From the IMG/VR virus record IMGVR_UViG_3300040796_000034, positions 1 through 64,000 of that record: a stretch of 64,000 nt of DNA. The stretch is one strand, 5' to 3'. Position 1 is the first letter of the stretch. The number at the start of each line of letters is the position of its first letter. The notes under the pieces are model-generated. The model ran no database searches, was not told the origin of the DNA, and saw nothing but the letters and a program-made list of their open reading frames with translations. Positions 19,460 to 28,856 of this stretch are shown here, piece after piece. Position numbers and translations under genes: made by a program. The DNA is from a virus.

Positions 19460-21549
19460 TTAATATGAGATTTAGTACATGGAGTGACGTATTTAGATAT
19501 AACAAAGATACTGGATATATTAATTCTAAAGATGTACAATTAACTAAAGAAGTCCATATATGTAATACAAAAACTAAACCTAAAGATTGGCAACCTCTTT
19601 GTGACTTATTTAGTTTATGTACAGAATTTACGTTAGACATAGAGACGTATTCAGAAAAAGAAGGTGGCGCTCTTTATTTTAGATACGGTCATATAAGACT
19701 AATCTCAGTGTCTTTTTTTAGTGAAGGTAATAAACACTGTTTACTTTATGATACAGGGCGTGAACAGGATTATAACCACCTTAAGAATGATTACTTTTAC
19801 TCAATATTACGAAAAAAGTGTGGCGACCAAGATACTAAAGTAATTCTACACAACGGTTATTTTGATGGTAGCTTTTTACTTTTTCACTTAGACATTAAGC
19901 TAAGGAATGTTAGAGACACTATGCTCATGTCACAGGTTGTATGGGCAGGGGTCGGTTCAAGAGGTAAAGCTCCTGGTATTTCACACTCTCTCAAAGCATT
20001 ATCAGAACGACTCGGTTTAGGTGATGTTGATAAGACTGAACAGAAAAGTGATTGGGGAAGTATTCTCGATACAAGACAGTTAAATTATGCGGCACAAGAT
20101 ACACTTCTCTTACTAGATATCTATAAACGACTTAATAAGCTAGTGTATGACAACCTTTTGACGACTTCATGTCTAGCAGAGTGTTTAGCCCTACCTGTTT
20201 TTATAGAATTTGCTGTATGGGGATTTCCTATTGATATAAATAAAGTAGAATCTTCTTTACTTGAGGAGTATTCTAAGTTAGAAATACTTCGAGAGTCTGT
20301 ATCTAGTCAATTCCCTGATATAAATATTAACTCCCCTGACCAATTAAAGAAAGGTATTAAGAAACACTACGGTATTGATTTAGATGATACAAGTAAAAAA
20401 ACTCTTTTAAATCTAAATCTTGATAGTTTAACTATCTTACTGAAATATAGGTCTCAACTAAAGGTTGTAAGGGATTTAGAAGCCTTTAAAGACACTGAGG
20501 TAGCGTGGCCTACAATAGACGCACCCCTAGCTGTTAGAGGACATTTTAGACAGATTGGCCCTGCTGCTATGGGTAGAAGTACCTGTAGTCAAGATATTTC
20601 ATTAGGGAGGAAAAAGCTTTATAGAATAGGTGTTCAGTTACAGAACGTAAGTAAAGGTAGTGCATTACGAAGTGTTTTTGCAGCACCAGAAGGTAAAGCA
20701 TTAATCATATTAGATTTAAGTCAGTGTCATAGTAGGATATGCGCTCAACTCTCTAAAGATGATGCTCTGCTGAAGATTTACAACGAGGGAGAAGACCAAC
20801 ACCTCCTTATGGCTTTTACATTATACGAGCTTGATAGTAAAGCCCCTATTAAAGGGCTTTCTTACGACGAGTTTAAGAATGCTTACCGTATTTACAGTAA
20901 CGACCCTGAAACTCATAAAGAGTATGCCTTTATCAAGCAATTACGGGCGTTAGGTAAGACTGGTAACTATAGTGGGTTAAATCAAGCGGGTGCTATTAGA
21001 ATCCAAGATGCGTTAGAAAAAGCTGGTGTACAAGCGTCTATTGAACAGTGTAAACAGATACAATTAGCTTGGAGAGCGACTTATGCTAGACTTTATAATT
21101 TTATTAAAGATATGGTTAATAGGGCAAATAATCAAACAATATGCTTTGATTTTCTTCCTGATAGAGTTTATGGTTCTGTAAGAGGTCTTACTAATCGAAT
21201 CTTTTATAGTGAAAAGAGAGTTAAACTTAATGACAAATACAATAAAGCTCAGGTAGCTTATACTAATACAATTTCTTCTCTATGGCTGACTTCTGAAGCT
21301 GATATGATTAAAATGTCTATGGGTTTAGTATTACAAGAGTTTGATAAAAAACCTTTATGGCAAGCTCGTTTTGTAGAATTTACTCACGATGAGTATGGTG
21401 TAATGATTGATGAAGAGTATGCTTTAGAAGGAGCTACTTTGTGTCAGGATATTACTCACAAAATTTTGAAAAAATATATTAAAGTAATACCTGTTGATGA
21501 TAATTTTGACCCTAGTAAGTTAATTTGTAAATCTTGGAGTGAAAAGTAA
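19456..21549 (+). CDS. polA: family A DNA polymerase with 3'-5' exonuclease
   Basis: Exo LDIET, HNGYFD, YAAQD; pol LQNV, DLSQCHSR, RALGKTGNY, HDE. Confidence 0.9.
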   Translation: MINMRFSTWSDVFRYNKDTGYINSKDVQLTKEVHICNTKTKPKDWQPLCDLFSLCTEFTLDIETYSEKEGGALYFRYGHIRLISVSFFSEGNKHCLLYDTGREQDYNHLKNDYFYSILRKKCGDQDTKVILHNGYFDGSFLLFHLDIKLRNVRDTMLMSQVVWAGVGSRGKAPGISHSLKALSERLGLGDVDKTEQKSDWGSILDTRQLNYAAQDTLLLLDIYKRLNKLVYDNLLTTSCLAECLALPVFIEFAVWGFPIDINKVESSLLEEYSKLEILRESVSSQFPDININSPDQLKKGIKKHYGIDLDDTSKKTLLNLNLDSLTILLKYRSQLKVVRDLEAFKDTEVAWPTIDAPLAVRGHFRQIGPAAMGRSTCSQDISLGRKKLYRIGVQLQNVSKGSALRSVFAAPEGKALIILDLSQCHSRICAQLSKDDALLKIYNEGEDQHLLMAFTLYELDSKAPIKGLSYDEFKNAYRIYSNDPETHKEYAFIKQLRALGKTGNYSGLNQAGAIRIQDALEKAGVQASIEQCKQIQLAWRATYARLYNFIKDMVNRANNQTICFDFLPDRVYGSVRGLTNRIFYSEKRVKLNDKYNKAQVAYTNTISSLWLTSEADMIKMSMGLVLQEFDKKPLWQARFVEFTHDEYGVMIDEEYALEGATLCQDITHKILKKYIKVIPVDDNFDPSKLICKSWSEK

Positions 21550-21694
21550 TTGATACTCCTCGCGTCTTCAGAGCGGAGATTCTTAAGCAATCCAAAACTG
21601 GACTTTTAGAGGCATTATCAAAGTGCCTCTACCAACTCCTTTAAGAGAAAATTCTAAAATTGTTGCTACTTTTTTGAGGATATTAGCTGCACCA
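21550..21694 (-). mobile_element. IS200/IS605 TnpB 3' remnant with right end / omega-RNA scaffold
   Basis: Minus strand reads GAANILKKVATILEFSLKGVGRGTLIMPLKVQFWIA*, then GAATCTCCGC..GCGAGGAGTATCAA subterminal hairpin ending in TCAA. Confidence 0.7.
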
Positions 21695-21750
21695 GTAAAA
21701 TTTTTTACAGAAATCCGTAATATGGCTAATCATTTATTTGGAAAAATCGT

Positions 21751-22251
21751 ATGAGTAATGTAAATAACAATCTTTGGGCAGATAAAGCTATTCTAAAGAA
21801 CCTACTAGATGGTCTTAAAAAATCAATGCCTCATGTAGATATTGTAGTAGATTCTTTTTGTATATTTGAAGAAAGGAGATATAGTCCGTCATTAGATACA
21901 TTTAAAGATTGTCAAAGTATTAGTTTTGAAGGAACTGTTTATTATAGAGGTATTTTAGTAGAATGTTTAGATGAAAGTATTGATTGTACAGAAAAGGCTT
22001 TTAACGAATACTTTACAGAAATCTCTAATCTCTTATTAAAAGAGGATAAACGACCGGAACTATGTCCAGGAGTTGATGTGTATTTTGGTGCTTATGACAA
22101 ATCTCAAAGAAACAAATTAGTGAAATATAAAATAGTCGAAAAAATAAAAGCTTACACTACGTCAGAGGCTATTAATTTTTTAGTTTTAAAGAATGCTAAA
22201 GGTGAATTATCAATTGAGTATTCTGACTTGGTTTATACTATAGGAGAATAA
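21751..22251 (+). CDS. hypothetical protein, possible paralogue of the N-terminal part of 23879..24610
   Basis: Similar helix-PH-DI pattern at the N terminus. Confidence 0.5.
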   Translation: MSNVNNNLWADKAILKNLLDGLKKSMPHVDIVVDSFCIFEERRYSPSLDTFKDCQSISFEGTVYYRGILVECLDESIDCTEKAFNEYFTEISNLLLKEDKRPELCPGVDVYFGAYDKSQRNKLVKYKIVEKIKAYTTSEAINFLVLKNAKGELSIEYSDLVYTIGE

Positions 22252-22364
22252 TGAAAAAATAAAGAGGTATAACTAGAAGTGGTGGTGGTATTGTTGGTAG
22301 TATTTTGTAGATTGAAAAAAAAAGACCAACCCGGTTAAGAGCAGTCTTTGGTTAAAACCTGATA

Positions 22365-23102
22365 TTAGATTTTTCCTTTTCCCGTTAGGTTTTCAATTGC
22401 TAACTTGACAAGCTCTTTTTCCGTTAACTTGGTTTGGAGCTTAGGGATAAGGTGCATAATCTCCTGCTTTACCCTTACCACTATCCTTACATCCTCCGGC
22501 TCCTCAACTCGGTTTAAAGCTACATGAGGATTTTTCCACTTTTCACTCTCTACTTGAGTCATCGTTTCTAGCATAACCCTGGCTCTTTTCCCAAACAATG
22601 CTTGGTAGATTGCGTTGTGGATATGCCCCGCTCTATTCCCGGTCGTGTCCTGGTAATAAGCTTGAATCTCGGCGTTAAAGTCCCGTTCGGCTTCCCACCT
22701 TGCTAGCTTTTTTCCAGTTTCAATTTGGATTTCGATGTCTGCTGTGGATGGAATGTTATGTCCCAATACCTGACTGGCCCGAGTGTCTAAGGTCTCGTTC
22801 ATCAGGGTCTCACAGAGAATACTGGCCTTACCATTATTATTTAAGGCTTGGGTCATCCAATAACTAGACACAACTCCTGAAGGGATAGCAGATATGGTTT
22901 TCAGACCACCCTTTGTTTGGGCTTTTACCTTGAGAGGTTCAATATCTTTGGCTTTTAAGTAATTTTGCATACTTGATTGGTTACGACTCACACACACCGC
23001 AGCACCCTTTTGAGAATAGAAATACTCTCCTTTGGCCTTAGAGTAGCATTCTAAGGAGATTTCGTCAGAGAACTTGATTTCAGCAGATTTGTAAGTAGCC
23101 AT
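22365..23102 (-). CDS. KilA/antirepressor-like DNA-binding protein
   Basis: EYFYSQ..A, VVSSYW..QA..NGKA..L..ETLDTRA pattern; visibly higher GC than neighbours. Confidence 0.5.
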   Translation of the reverse strand: MATYKSAEIKFSDEISLECYSKAKGEYFYSQKGAAVCVSRNQSSMQNYLKAKDIEPLKVKAQTKGGLKTISAIPSGVVSSYWMTQALNNNGKASILCETLMNETLDTRASQVLGHNIPSTADIEIQIETGKKLARWEAERDFNAEIQAYYQDTTGNRAGHIHNAIYQALFGKRARVMLETMTQVESEKWKNPHVALNRVEEPEDVRIVVRVKQEIMHLIPKLQTKLTEKELVKLAIENLTGKGKI

Positions 23103-23158
23103 TTTAGTTTGTCCTTTTTGTTTTTGTTGTTTAGAGGTTTCTTTACCCTCATACCTAC

Positions 23159-23187
23159 ATTATAACAATCCTGTCTGGCAGTGACAA
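23159..23187 (-). promoter_or_regulatory. consensus sigma70 promoter for 22365..23102
   Basis: TTGTCA-17 bp-TATAAT with an extended -10 TG. Confidence 0.75.
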
Positions 23188-23762
23188 CCCCTCAAGCCTT
23201 GAAAATACCTGATGGTTATGTTATTTCCTACTATTAAAAAATCTTAAAAACTCAGATAGCCTTGAAATATTTTTTCCGGTATGTTTTCCTCTATTCCTAT
23301 ATGGTTCTTATAAAACTGTAGCCTGAAACCCACATTCTGTCGTTAAAAATCTCGCATGACCTTGAAATATTTTTTCTAGTATGTTTCCATCCATTCTTAT
23401 AATGTTCTTATAGAAGGCCAAATATTTTTACCAGCTTATTTTCTCTAATATGAAAGTTACTTATGGGTTAGATTTTAAACATTTATGAATCTTATGTGGC
23501 CAGTCTTTTAGGCTTTGACAACCCTACTTTACTTAAAAAATACGATGGTGTTGTTATTTCCTACTATTAGAAAACCTCAAAAATTCAGATAGCCTCGTTA
23601 TACTTTTCTTGTGCTGTTTTCCTCTATTCTTACATGGTTCTTGAAAAAGTGGTCTCTGAAACCCTCATTCTGTCGTTAGGAAACTCAGATAGCCTCGTTA
23701 TACTTTTCTTGTGCTGTTTTCCTCTATTCTTATACAGTTCTTATAGAAGGCCAAATATTTTA
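23182..23762. repeat. nested direct repeats in the largest non-coding gap (candidate origin)
   Basis: ~245-bp unit twice (23182, 23516), each with two ~60-bp subunits 100 bp apart (about 23251, 23351, 23584, 23684). Confidence 0.8.
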
Positions 23763-23878
23763 GTCTGCAAATTTGGTCTAATATAAAACTTAAAAAAGGT
23801 TTATTTTTTAGTTTTAAAAAATACTAAAGGTGAACTATCTATTGAATTTTCTGTCTTTGTCTGCAAATTAGGAGAATA

Positions 23879-24610
23879 ATGAAAGAAGTAATACTAAACC
23901 AAGCTAAAGAAATTAGAGCCGTTTTATTAGGCTATCTAGTAAGTCATTACCCTCATCAGAAAATCGATATCTTAATAAAAGAAGTCACAACTTATCATAC
24001 TTTTGATGAAGAAAATACTTTTGATAAAGAAGAGGGTTTTAACAAAGATTGTGTCGTTGTGACTTTAAAAGTAGTTATAGAAGGTTTTAATGGACTATCT
24101 CAGAGTGACTGTTTTAAATTAAAATCCTCAGATTTAGATGCTTGGATGATTAAATTAATTGAAAATCTAGCAAATACCCCGTTTAAATACACTAAAGATG
24201 ACCTTTTAATAGGAGTTAATAAAGATGAAAATACTCTTGAGTATTGTAAAGTGCTAGATATGACAAGAGAGTTGAAACTGAGTTTTGATGTACAGACTTT
24301 TAAAAATAGTAATATTTATAAAGTCCGCAGTTGTGGTGTAGAGAAAATTTTTTCTGAGGATATGCTGTTTAAACATATTTACAAATGTAGAGCCATGATG
24401 AAATATAAAGGTTATAAAGGTTTCGTAGAAAAAGATGAAGAAGCTGGAATTTGGTTTGGGCAAGTTATTGGTATTAACGATGTAATAACTTTCAAAGCAG
24501 AAACCATGGAACAAGCTCGCAAAGAGTTTGAAATTTTAGTTGATGATTATTTAGAATTTTGTCAAGATTTAGGAGAAGAGCCAAATTCTCCAGATAGCGA
24601 CGTAGAATAG
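23879..24610 (+). CDS. phage protein fused to a C-terminal HicB-like antitoxin domain
   Basis: MMKYKGYKG.V..DEEAGIWFGQVIGINDVITFKAET...EF...VDDYLEFC...GEEP. Confidence 0.75.
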   Translation: MKEVILNQAKEIRAVLLGYLVSHYPHQKIDILIKEVTTYHTFDEENTFDKEEGFNKDCVVVTLKVVIEGFNGLSQSDCFKLKSSDLDAWMIKLIENLANTPFKYTKDDLLIGVNKDENTLEYCKVLDMTRELKLSFDVQTFKNSNIYKVRSCGVEKIFSEDMLFKHIYKCRAMMKYKGYKGFVEKDEEAGIWFGQVIGINDVITFKAETMEQARKEFEILVDDYLEFCQDLGEEPNSPDSDVE

Positions 24611-24660
24611 AGCTTTGATAAGATGTTGATAGAATAGAGCTTTGATAAGATGTTGATAGA
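24603..24660. repeat. 27-bp perfect tandem duplication
   Basis: TAGAATAGAGCTTTGATAAGATGTTGA x2 plus TAGA. Confidence 0.9.
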
Positions 24661-24681
24661 AAACCATTATTATTTTTCACA

Positions 24682-26376
24682 ATGACTTTAAAAATAAAAG
24701 AGCTAACCAAATATCAACGAGACCTTCTCTGTGTAACGGGACGAGTTGAGACATACATTAATCATCCAGAACGAGAAACCTACCCAGTATCTTGTACAAA
24801 CTACCGATACGACAATAATTTAGGTAATGCTTTGAAATACTTAAGTAAAGCTTTACGAGGTGGAGCGGGTATTAACGTAAATCTTGCAGACTATGTACAA
24901 CCTAATAAGCCTATCATTACAAAGCAGTGGGAGTATGAAATATCAAAATCTCATGCAGATTATGATGCTAACTATGATTCACCTACTTCGTCGTTAGTAG
25001 ATGCTTCAAGTGAATATATAAAGATAATCACTGTTGCAGACTCTATGGAAGAAAGCGACCAAGGTTGCGTATCTATTGAAGACTCTTGGATACTTTTTTA
25101 TGAATATTTAGTAAATTTGTACAGTGTTTATGTTAAGTTATCTTATTTAAGAGCTAGGGGTACAACTAACGATAAAGGGTTAACAGCCTCGGGGCCTTAT
25201 ACGTTCCTAAAGTTTTATGAGTCTCTATACATCTACTACAAAGAACCAAGTTTAACCAATATAATCAAACTCTTTGGTACTCTTAATGAGTGTATCCGTA
25301 GAGGAGGAGTGTACAAGAACGGTATTATTACTTTCTCATACCCTAGTTACGGCTCCTATGTTGACGAATATCTTGATATCCCATTAGAAGATATTCCGGG
25401 AAGTGGTAAGAAAAAACTAATAGTAAACAGTAATCTATTGACACAAGATAAACAGTTTTTTGATATGTTAGCAGAGAAAGTGAACTCTAATAACATAATG
25501 CTTGTCAAAGAGCGTTTAGATAAAGAAGGTAAACCATTAGAGATTAATGTCTGTAACGGTATCTACTTTAGGGAAAGAGGTACTTGCTTACTTAATCACG
25601 TCAACCTCGGTATGTGTCTAACCCCTAAAGATATAGTAGATGCGTTTCGATTAGGTATGAATCTTTTAGTAGATTTGCATTTTAAATGGAAAAGACCCGA
25701 CCAGTATTTATCTGCAAACGATGATAAACAAGTAGCACTCGGTGTAGTAGGATTAGCAAACTTTTTATCTTTTCACGACATCTCTTACCTAAAATTTACT
25801 GAAGGATTAAAGAACCGGGTTAATGGAGTGCCTGCTGAAAGTTTAGAAGCAAACAAGTGGATTGACAGTCTTTTTCAAGGTTATTCAGTTGCTACAGAAA
25901 TAGCTAAGAATTGGGGTATTGAAAGAGCTTTTACAATTGAACCTACTCAGTCTTGTGCATATCGACATACAGACTTACTAGGAAATACAGTATGCCGGAA
26001 TATCTATCCACCACATCATAATGTAGTGAAGAGAAGAGGGCATACAGTTAAAGAATTGTCTAAAACATACCATCATGGTCTTGTAGAGACTGTACCAGAT
26101 GTATTGGAAGATAGTCATAAAAACAATATTAATATCCTTCAGACTCTCTGTGAGTCCTGGCAAAAGATGATGGATAGTACAGGATTAAGTCACTGTATTA
26201 GCTATGACATCTATGAACCTGTTACAGGTGATTGGGTTTTAAATTTTATAGAAAACAGCCCTTTATGGACTACTTACTATGTAAGGACTGGAGAGATAGA
26301 TATGTCTGTTATGGACAAAGGGATGTGTTCAATAAATAAAGATGATAAAGAGGACTGCACGGCTTGTAGTGAATAG
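24682..26376 (+). CDS. nrdA: ribonucleotide reductase alpha subunit, cyanophage-type class I
   Basis: PVSC, LTASGP, RRGGVYKNG, NVC, GTCLLNHVNLG, FTIEPTQSC, TTYY, C-terminal CTAC. Confidence 0.85.
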   Translation: MTLKIKELTKYQRDLLCVTGRVETYINHPERETYPVSCTNYRYDNNLGNALKYLSKALRGGAGINVNLADYVQPNKPIITKQWEYEISKSHADYDANYDSPTSSLVDASSEYIKIITVADSMEESDQGCVSIEDSWILFYEYLVNLYSVYVKLSYLRARGTTNDKGLTASGPYTFLKFYESLYIYYKEPSLTNIIKLFGTLNECIRRGGVYKNGIITFSYPSYGSYVDEYLDIPLEDIPGSGKKKLIVNSNLLTQDKQFFDMLAEKVNSNNIMLVKERLDKEGKPLEINVCNGIYFRERGTCLLNHVNLGMCLTPKDIVDAFRLGMNLLVDLHFKWKRPDQYLSANDDKQVALGVVGLANFLSFHDISYLKFTEGLKNRVNGVPAESLEANKWIDSLFQGYSVATEIAKNWGIERAFTIEPTQSCAYRHTDLLGNTVCRNIYPPHHNVVKRRGHTVKELSKTYHHGLVETVPDVLEDSHKNNINILQTLCESWQKMMDSTGLSHCISYDIYEPVTGDWVLNFIENSPLWTTYYVRTGEIDMSVMDKGMCSINKDDKEDCTACSE

Positions 26377-26444
26377 AGATATGTTATATTGATAGAATCT
26401 TGCCCATCATTCGGTGGGCTTCTTTATTCTATTCAAAAATTAAT

Positions 26445-27185
26445 ATGAACCAGACTAATTATCTAAACTTGCTTTCTCAACGTGCCAATTACTCTCAAAG
26501 TTCACAGTCAGTAAATGGGTATGAATGGGTTGCTCATAAAATGCCCTTAGATACACTTTACGAGAAAAACCAGGCAATGATGGGGAGAGTTGTAAACCTT
26601 GCATTACAGCTTGAAATACCTGTTGGAAATTGGATATCTGAAGCAATTAAAAAAAATCTAGTAGATGACCCGGTTGCTAAAAAACTTTTATTGAGTAATG
26701 TAGGTGATGAGACTGTACACTATAAAGCTTTTGAAAATCTGTATCATCAGTACATTAACAAAAAAGATGACGAAGCTGTACAACTAGGAAAACAGTGGGT
26801 AGATAATAAAGAGCATCCTGTATTAAAATCTTTTGTTGCAGAGAATGGAGTCTTTTTAATTACGTTAACGTTAATGAGACTGATTGAAGAGAATGAGTCT
26901 GTCTTTACTGTTTGTGTGAATGTCTCTAAAGATGAGATACGTCACATACATACTAATAGACAAGTGTTAGAAGACTTGAACTATTCTTTTATTTCACCTT
27001 CTTTAGATAAACTCAGAAAAGATACAGTGTCATATTTAGTTAATGGAATACCTCAAAAAAGAAAGTTTGAACAAGCTAGTGATGATTTAATGAGTACAGG
27101 TAGGAGTAAATTCTTATCCAGACTTACTACAGTTGCTTCAGAACTATCTCCTTTTGAATCTCCGAACAATGCTTTAGGTTATTAA
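26445..27185 (+). CDS. nrdB: ribonucleotide reductase beta subunit (ferritin-like)
   Basis: Dimetal ligands LEIP, DETVH, AENG, DEIRH; ATG at 26445. Confidence 0.8.
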   Translation: MNQTNYLNLLSQRANYSQSSQSVNGYEWVAHKMPLDTLYEKNQAMMGRVVNLALQLEIPVGNWISEAIKKNLVDDPVAKKLLLSNVGDETVHYKAFENLYHQYINKKDDEAVQLGKQWVDNKEHPVLKSFVAENGVFLITLTLMRLIEENESVFTVCVNVSKDEIRHIHTNRQVLEDLNYSFISPSLDKLRKDTVSYLVNGIPQKRKFEQASDDLMSTGRSKFLSRLTTVASELSPFESPNNALGY

Positions 27186-27379
27186 TGAAACATCTTGCAT
27201 ATAGTATGGATGCCTTAATTCCTGGCTTGTACATCTGGTTAGGTTTTGTATTTATTCGTATAGGTGGTTGTAAAGCAGAGAAAAACTACCCAAGTACGAT
27301 AAAAAGTTTAACAGGTGTGTGTTTAGTTTTACCAGGATATAAGATATACACGACTTATAAAGAAAATTACACGGTTTAG
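27185..27379 (+). CDS. hypothetical protein
   Basis: 64 aa, TAATG coupling. Confidence 0.45.
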   Translation: MKHLAYSMDALIPGLYIWLGFVFIRIGGCKAEKNYPSTIKSLTGVCLVLPGYKIYTTYKENYTV

Positions 27380-27385
27380 TAAATT

Positions 27386-28420
27386 ATGTCAAGAAAACTA
27401 ATTACTTTACGAAAAATTGAAGATATTAAACCTATAGAAGATGCTGATTTTATTGAGATAGCTGTAGTAGATGGTTGGAACGTAGTTGTAAAGAAAGGTG
27501 AATTTAACGTAGGTGATTATGCTGTTTATGCAGAGATAGATAGCTTCATACCTCACGAGTTAGCGCCGTTTTTGTCCACGGGAACCATGCCTAAAGTTTA
27601 TAAAGGTGTAGAAGGTCAAAGACTTAAAACTAAACGTCTTAAAGGTGTTTATAGTCAAGGTTTACTCTTACCTTTTGAAACTCTTTTAGACAAAGACTTA
27701 AGTCAATCATTAAATGTGAAATACTATGACCCGTTTGAGACTAGAGAGAAAAAGTTATCTACAGAAGCTCTTAGTAAATTTCCTTCATTTATTCCAAAAA
27801 CCGACCTTGAAAGAGTTCAAAACCTTAAGAGAGACTTTAATATTTGGAAAGATAGTCAACTAGAGTTTGAAGTGACAGAAAAACTTGACGGTAGCTCTGT
27901 TACTATTTTTCTGGATAAGTCAGAATTAGAAAAAGGTATCTCTGTATTAAGAGTTGCTAGTAGAAAAGAGGTTAAAAAAGATATACCAGAATCTATTTTT
28001 TGGACAGGTGTTAGGAATGAAAAAATAGATGAGTTATTTCTCTCATATAAAGATGCAAAGAAATATGCTCTTCAAGGCGAGCTTTTAGGAAATAAGACAG
28101 GTTCAACAGGTAGAAATATTTATAGTGTAGAAGATTACTCTATTTATATTTTTGATGTATTTGATATTTTAAATGGACGTTATTTAACTTCTAGTGAAAG
28201 AAATAAAGTTTTAGATGATGTAGGTATTTCTATTAATCAAAGAGTTCCTTGTATTAATCAACAGGCGACTCTTTCTAACTTTGAAAACGAGTTACTTTCA
28301 GCAGATGGTATCTCAAAAATCGCTAAAGTTAAGAGAGAGGGTCTTGCCTATAAATGTCTTTCTGATACAAACATTCGATTTAAAATTATCTCAAATAAAT
28401 GGTTATTAAAATATGATTAA
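27386..28420 (+). CDS. RNA ligase, DRB0094/Rnl5 family
   Basis: N-terminal OB (PIEDADFIE..VDGW.VVVKKGEF, EIDS, SQGL), EKLDG, QGE, FDVF, REGL, FKIISN. Confidence 0.9.
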   Translation: MSRKLITLRKIEDIKPIEDADFIEIAVVDGWNVVVKKGEFNVGDYAVYAEIDSFIPHELAPFLSTGTMPKVYKGVEGQRLKTKRLKGVYSQGLLLPFETLLDKDLSQSLNVKYYDPFETREKKLSTEALSKFPSFIPKTDLERVQNLKRDFNIWKDSQLEFEVTEKLDGSSVTIFLDKSELEKGISVLRVASRKEVKKDIPESIFWTGVRNEKIDELFLSYKDAKKYALQGELLGNKTGSTGRNIYSVEDYSIYIFDVFDILNGRYLTSSERNKVLDDVGISINQRVPCINQQATLSNFENELLSADGISKIAKVKREGLAYKCLSDTNIRFKIISNKWLLKYD

Positions 28421-28855
28421 ACAATATTCGATTGCAATTAATTTTAACGATAATGATTTTTTACAAGGGTTTATAGAGTTTTTGATTCATTATTTACTTT
28501 AATTAAAGCTAATAATTACAACAATCATCTAAAAGATACTTTAGAAAACTTAGAAAAACTTACAGATGTTAATAATAAAGAGTTTTTAAAATCACAAATA
28601 CTATCTCTTCTATCTTTTGATAAAACTCTTTTAGAAGACACCTTTGACTATCAAGATTACTTTGAAAAAACATTAAAACAAGTTTTAGTGAATGAAGAGG
28701 TACAGACTTTTATTGAAGATAGCGTAAAAGATATTAAAACCAACACTTATTGGTATAATCAAGAGTTTTATATTTTAGATATTTATGTAATACCAGATAA
28801 TCGATTTGCAGATAACCATGATTACCGGATGTTTCACAAAATCTCAGTAATTTAA
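28413..28855 (+). pseudogene. hypothetical gene split by a -1 frameshift (about 147 codons when joined)
   Basis: MIKQYSIAINFNDNDF.. stops after 29 aa; the -1 frame is open from 28457 to TAA 28855. Confidence 0.55.
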
Positions 28856-28856
28856 T

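Noticed and set aside
23182-23762. Possible CRISPR array
   Set aside because: Units are ~60-100 bp and nested, the intervening sequences are themselves duplicated, and no cas gene is in the window
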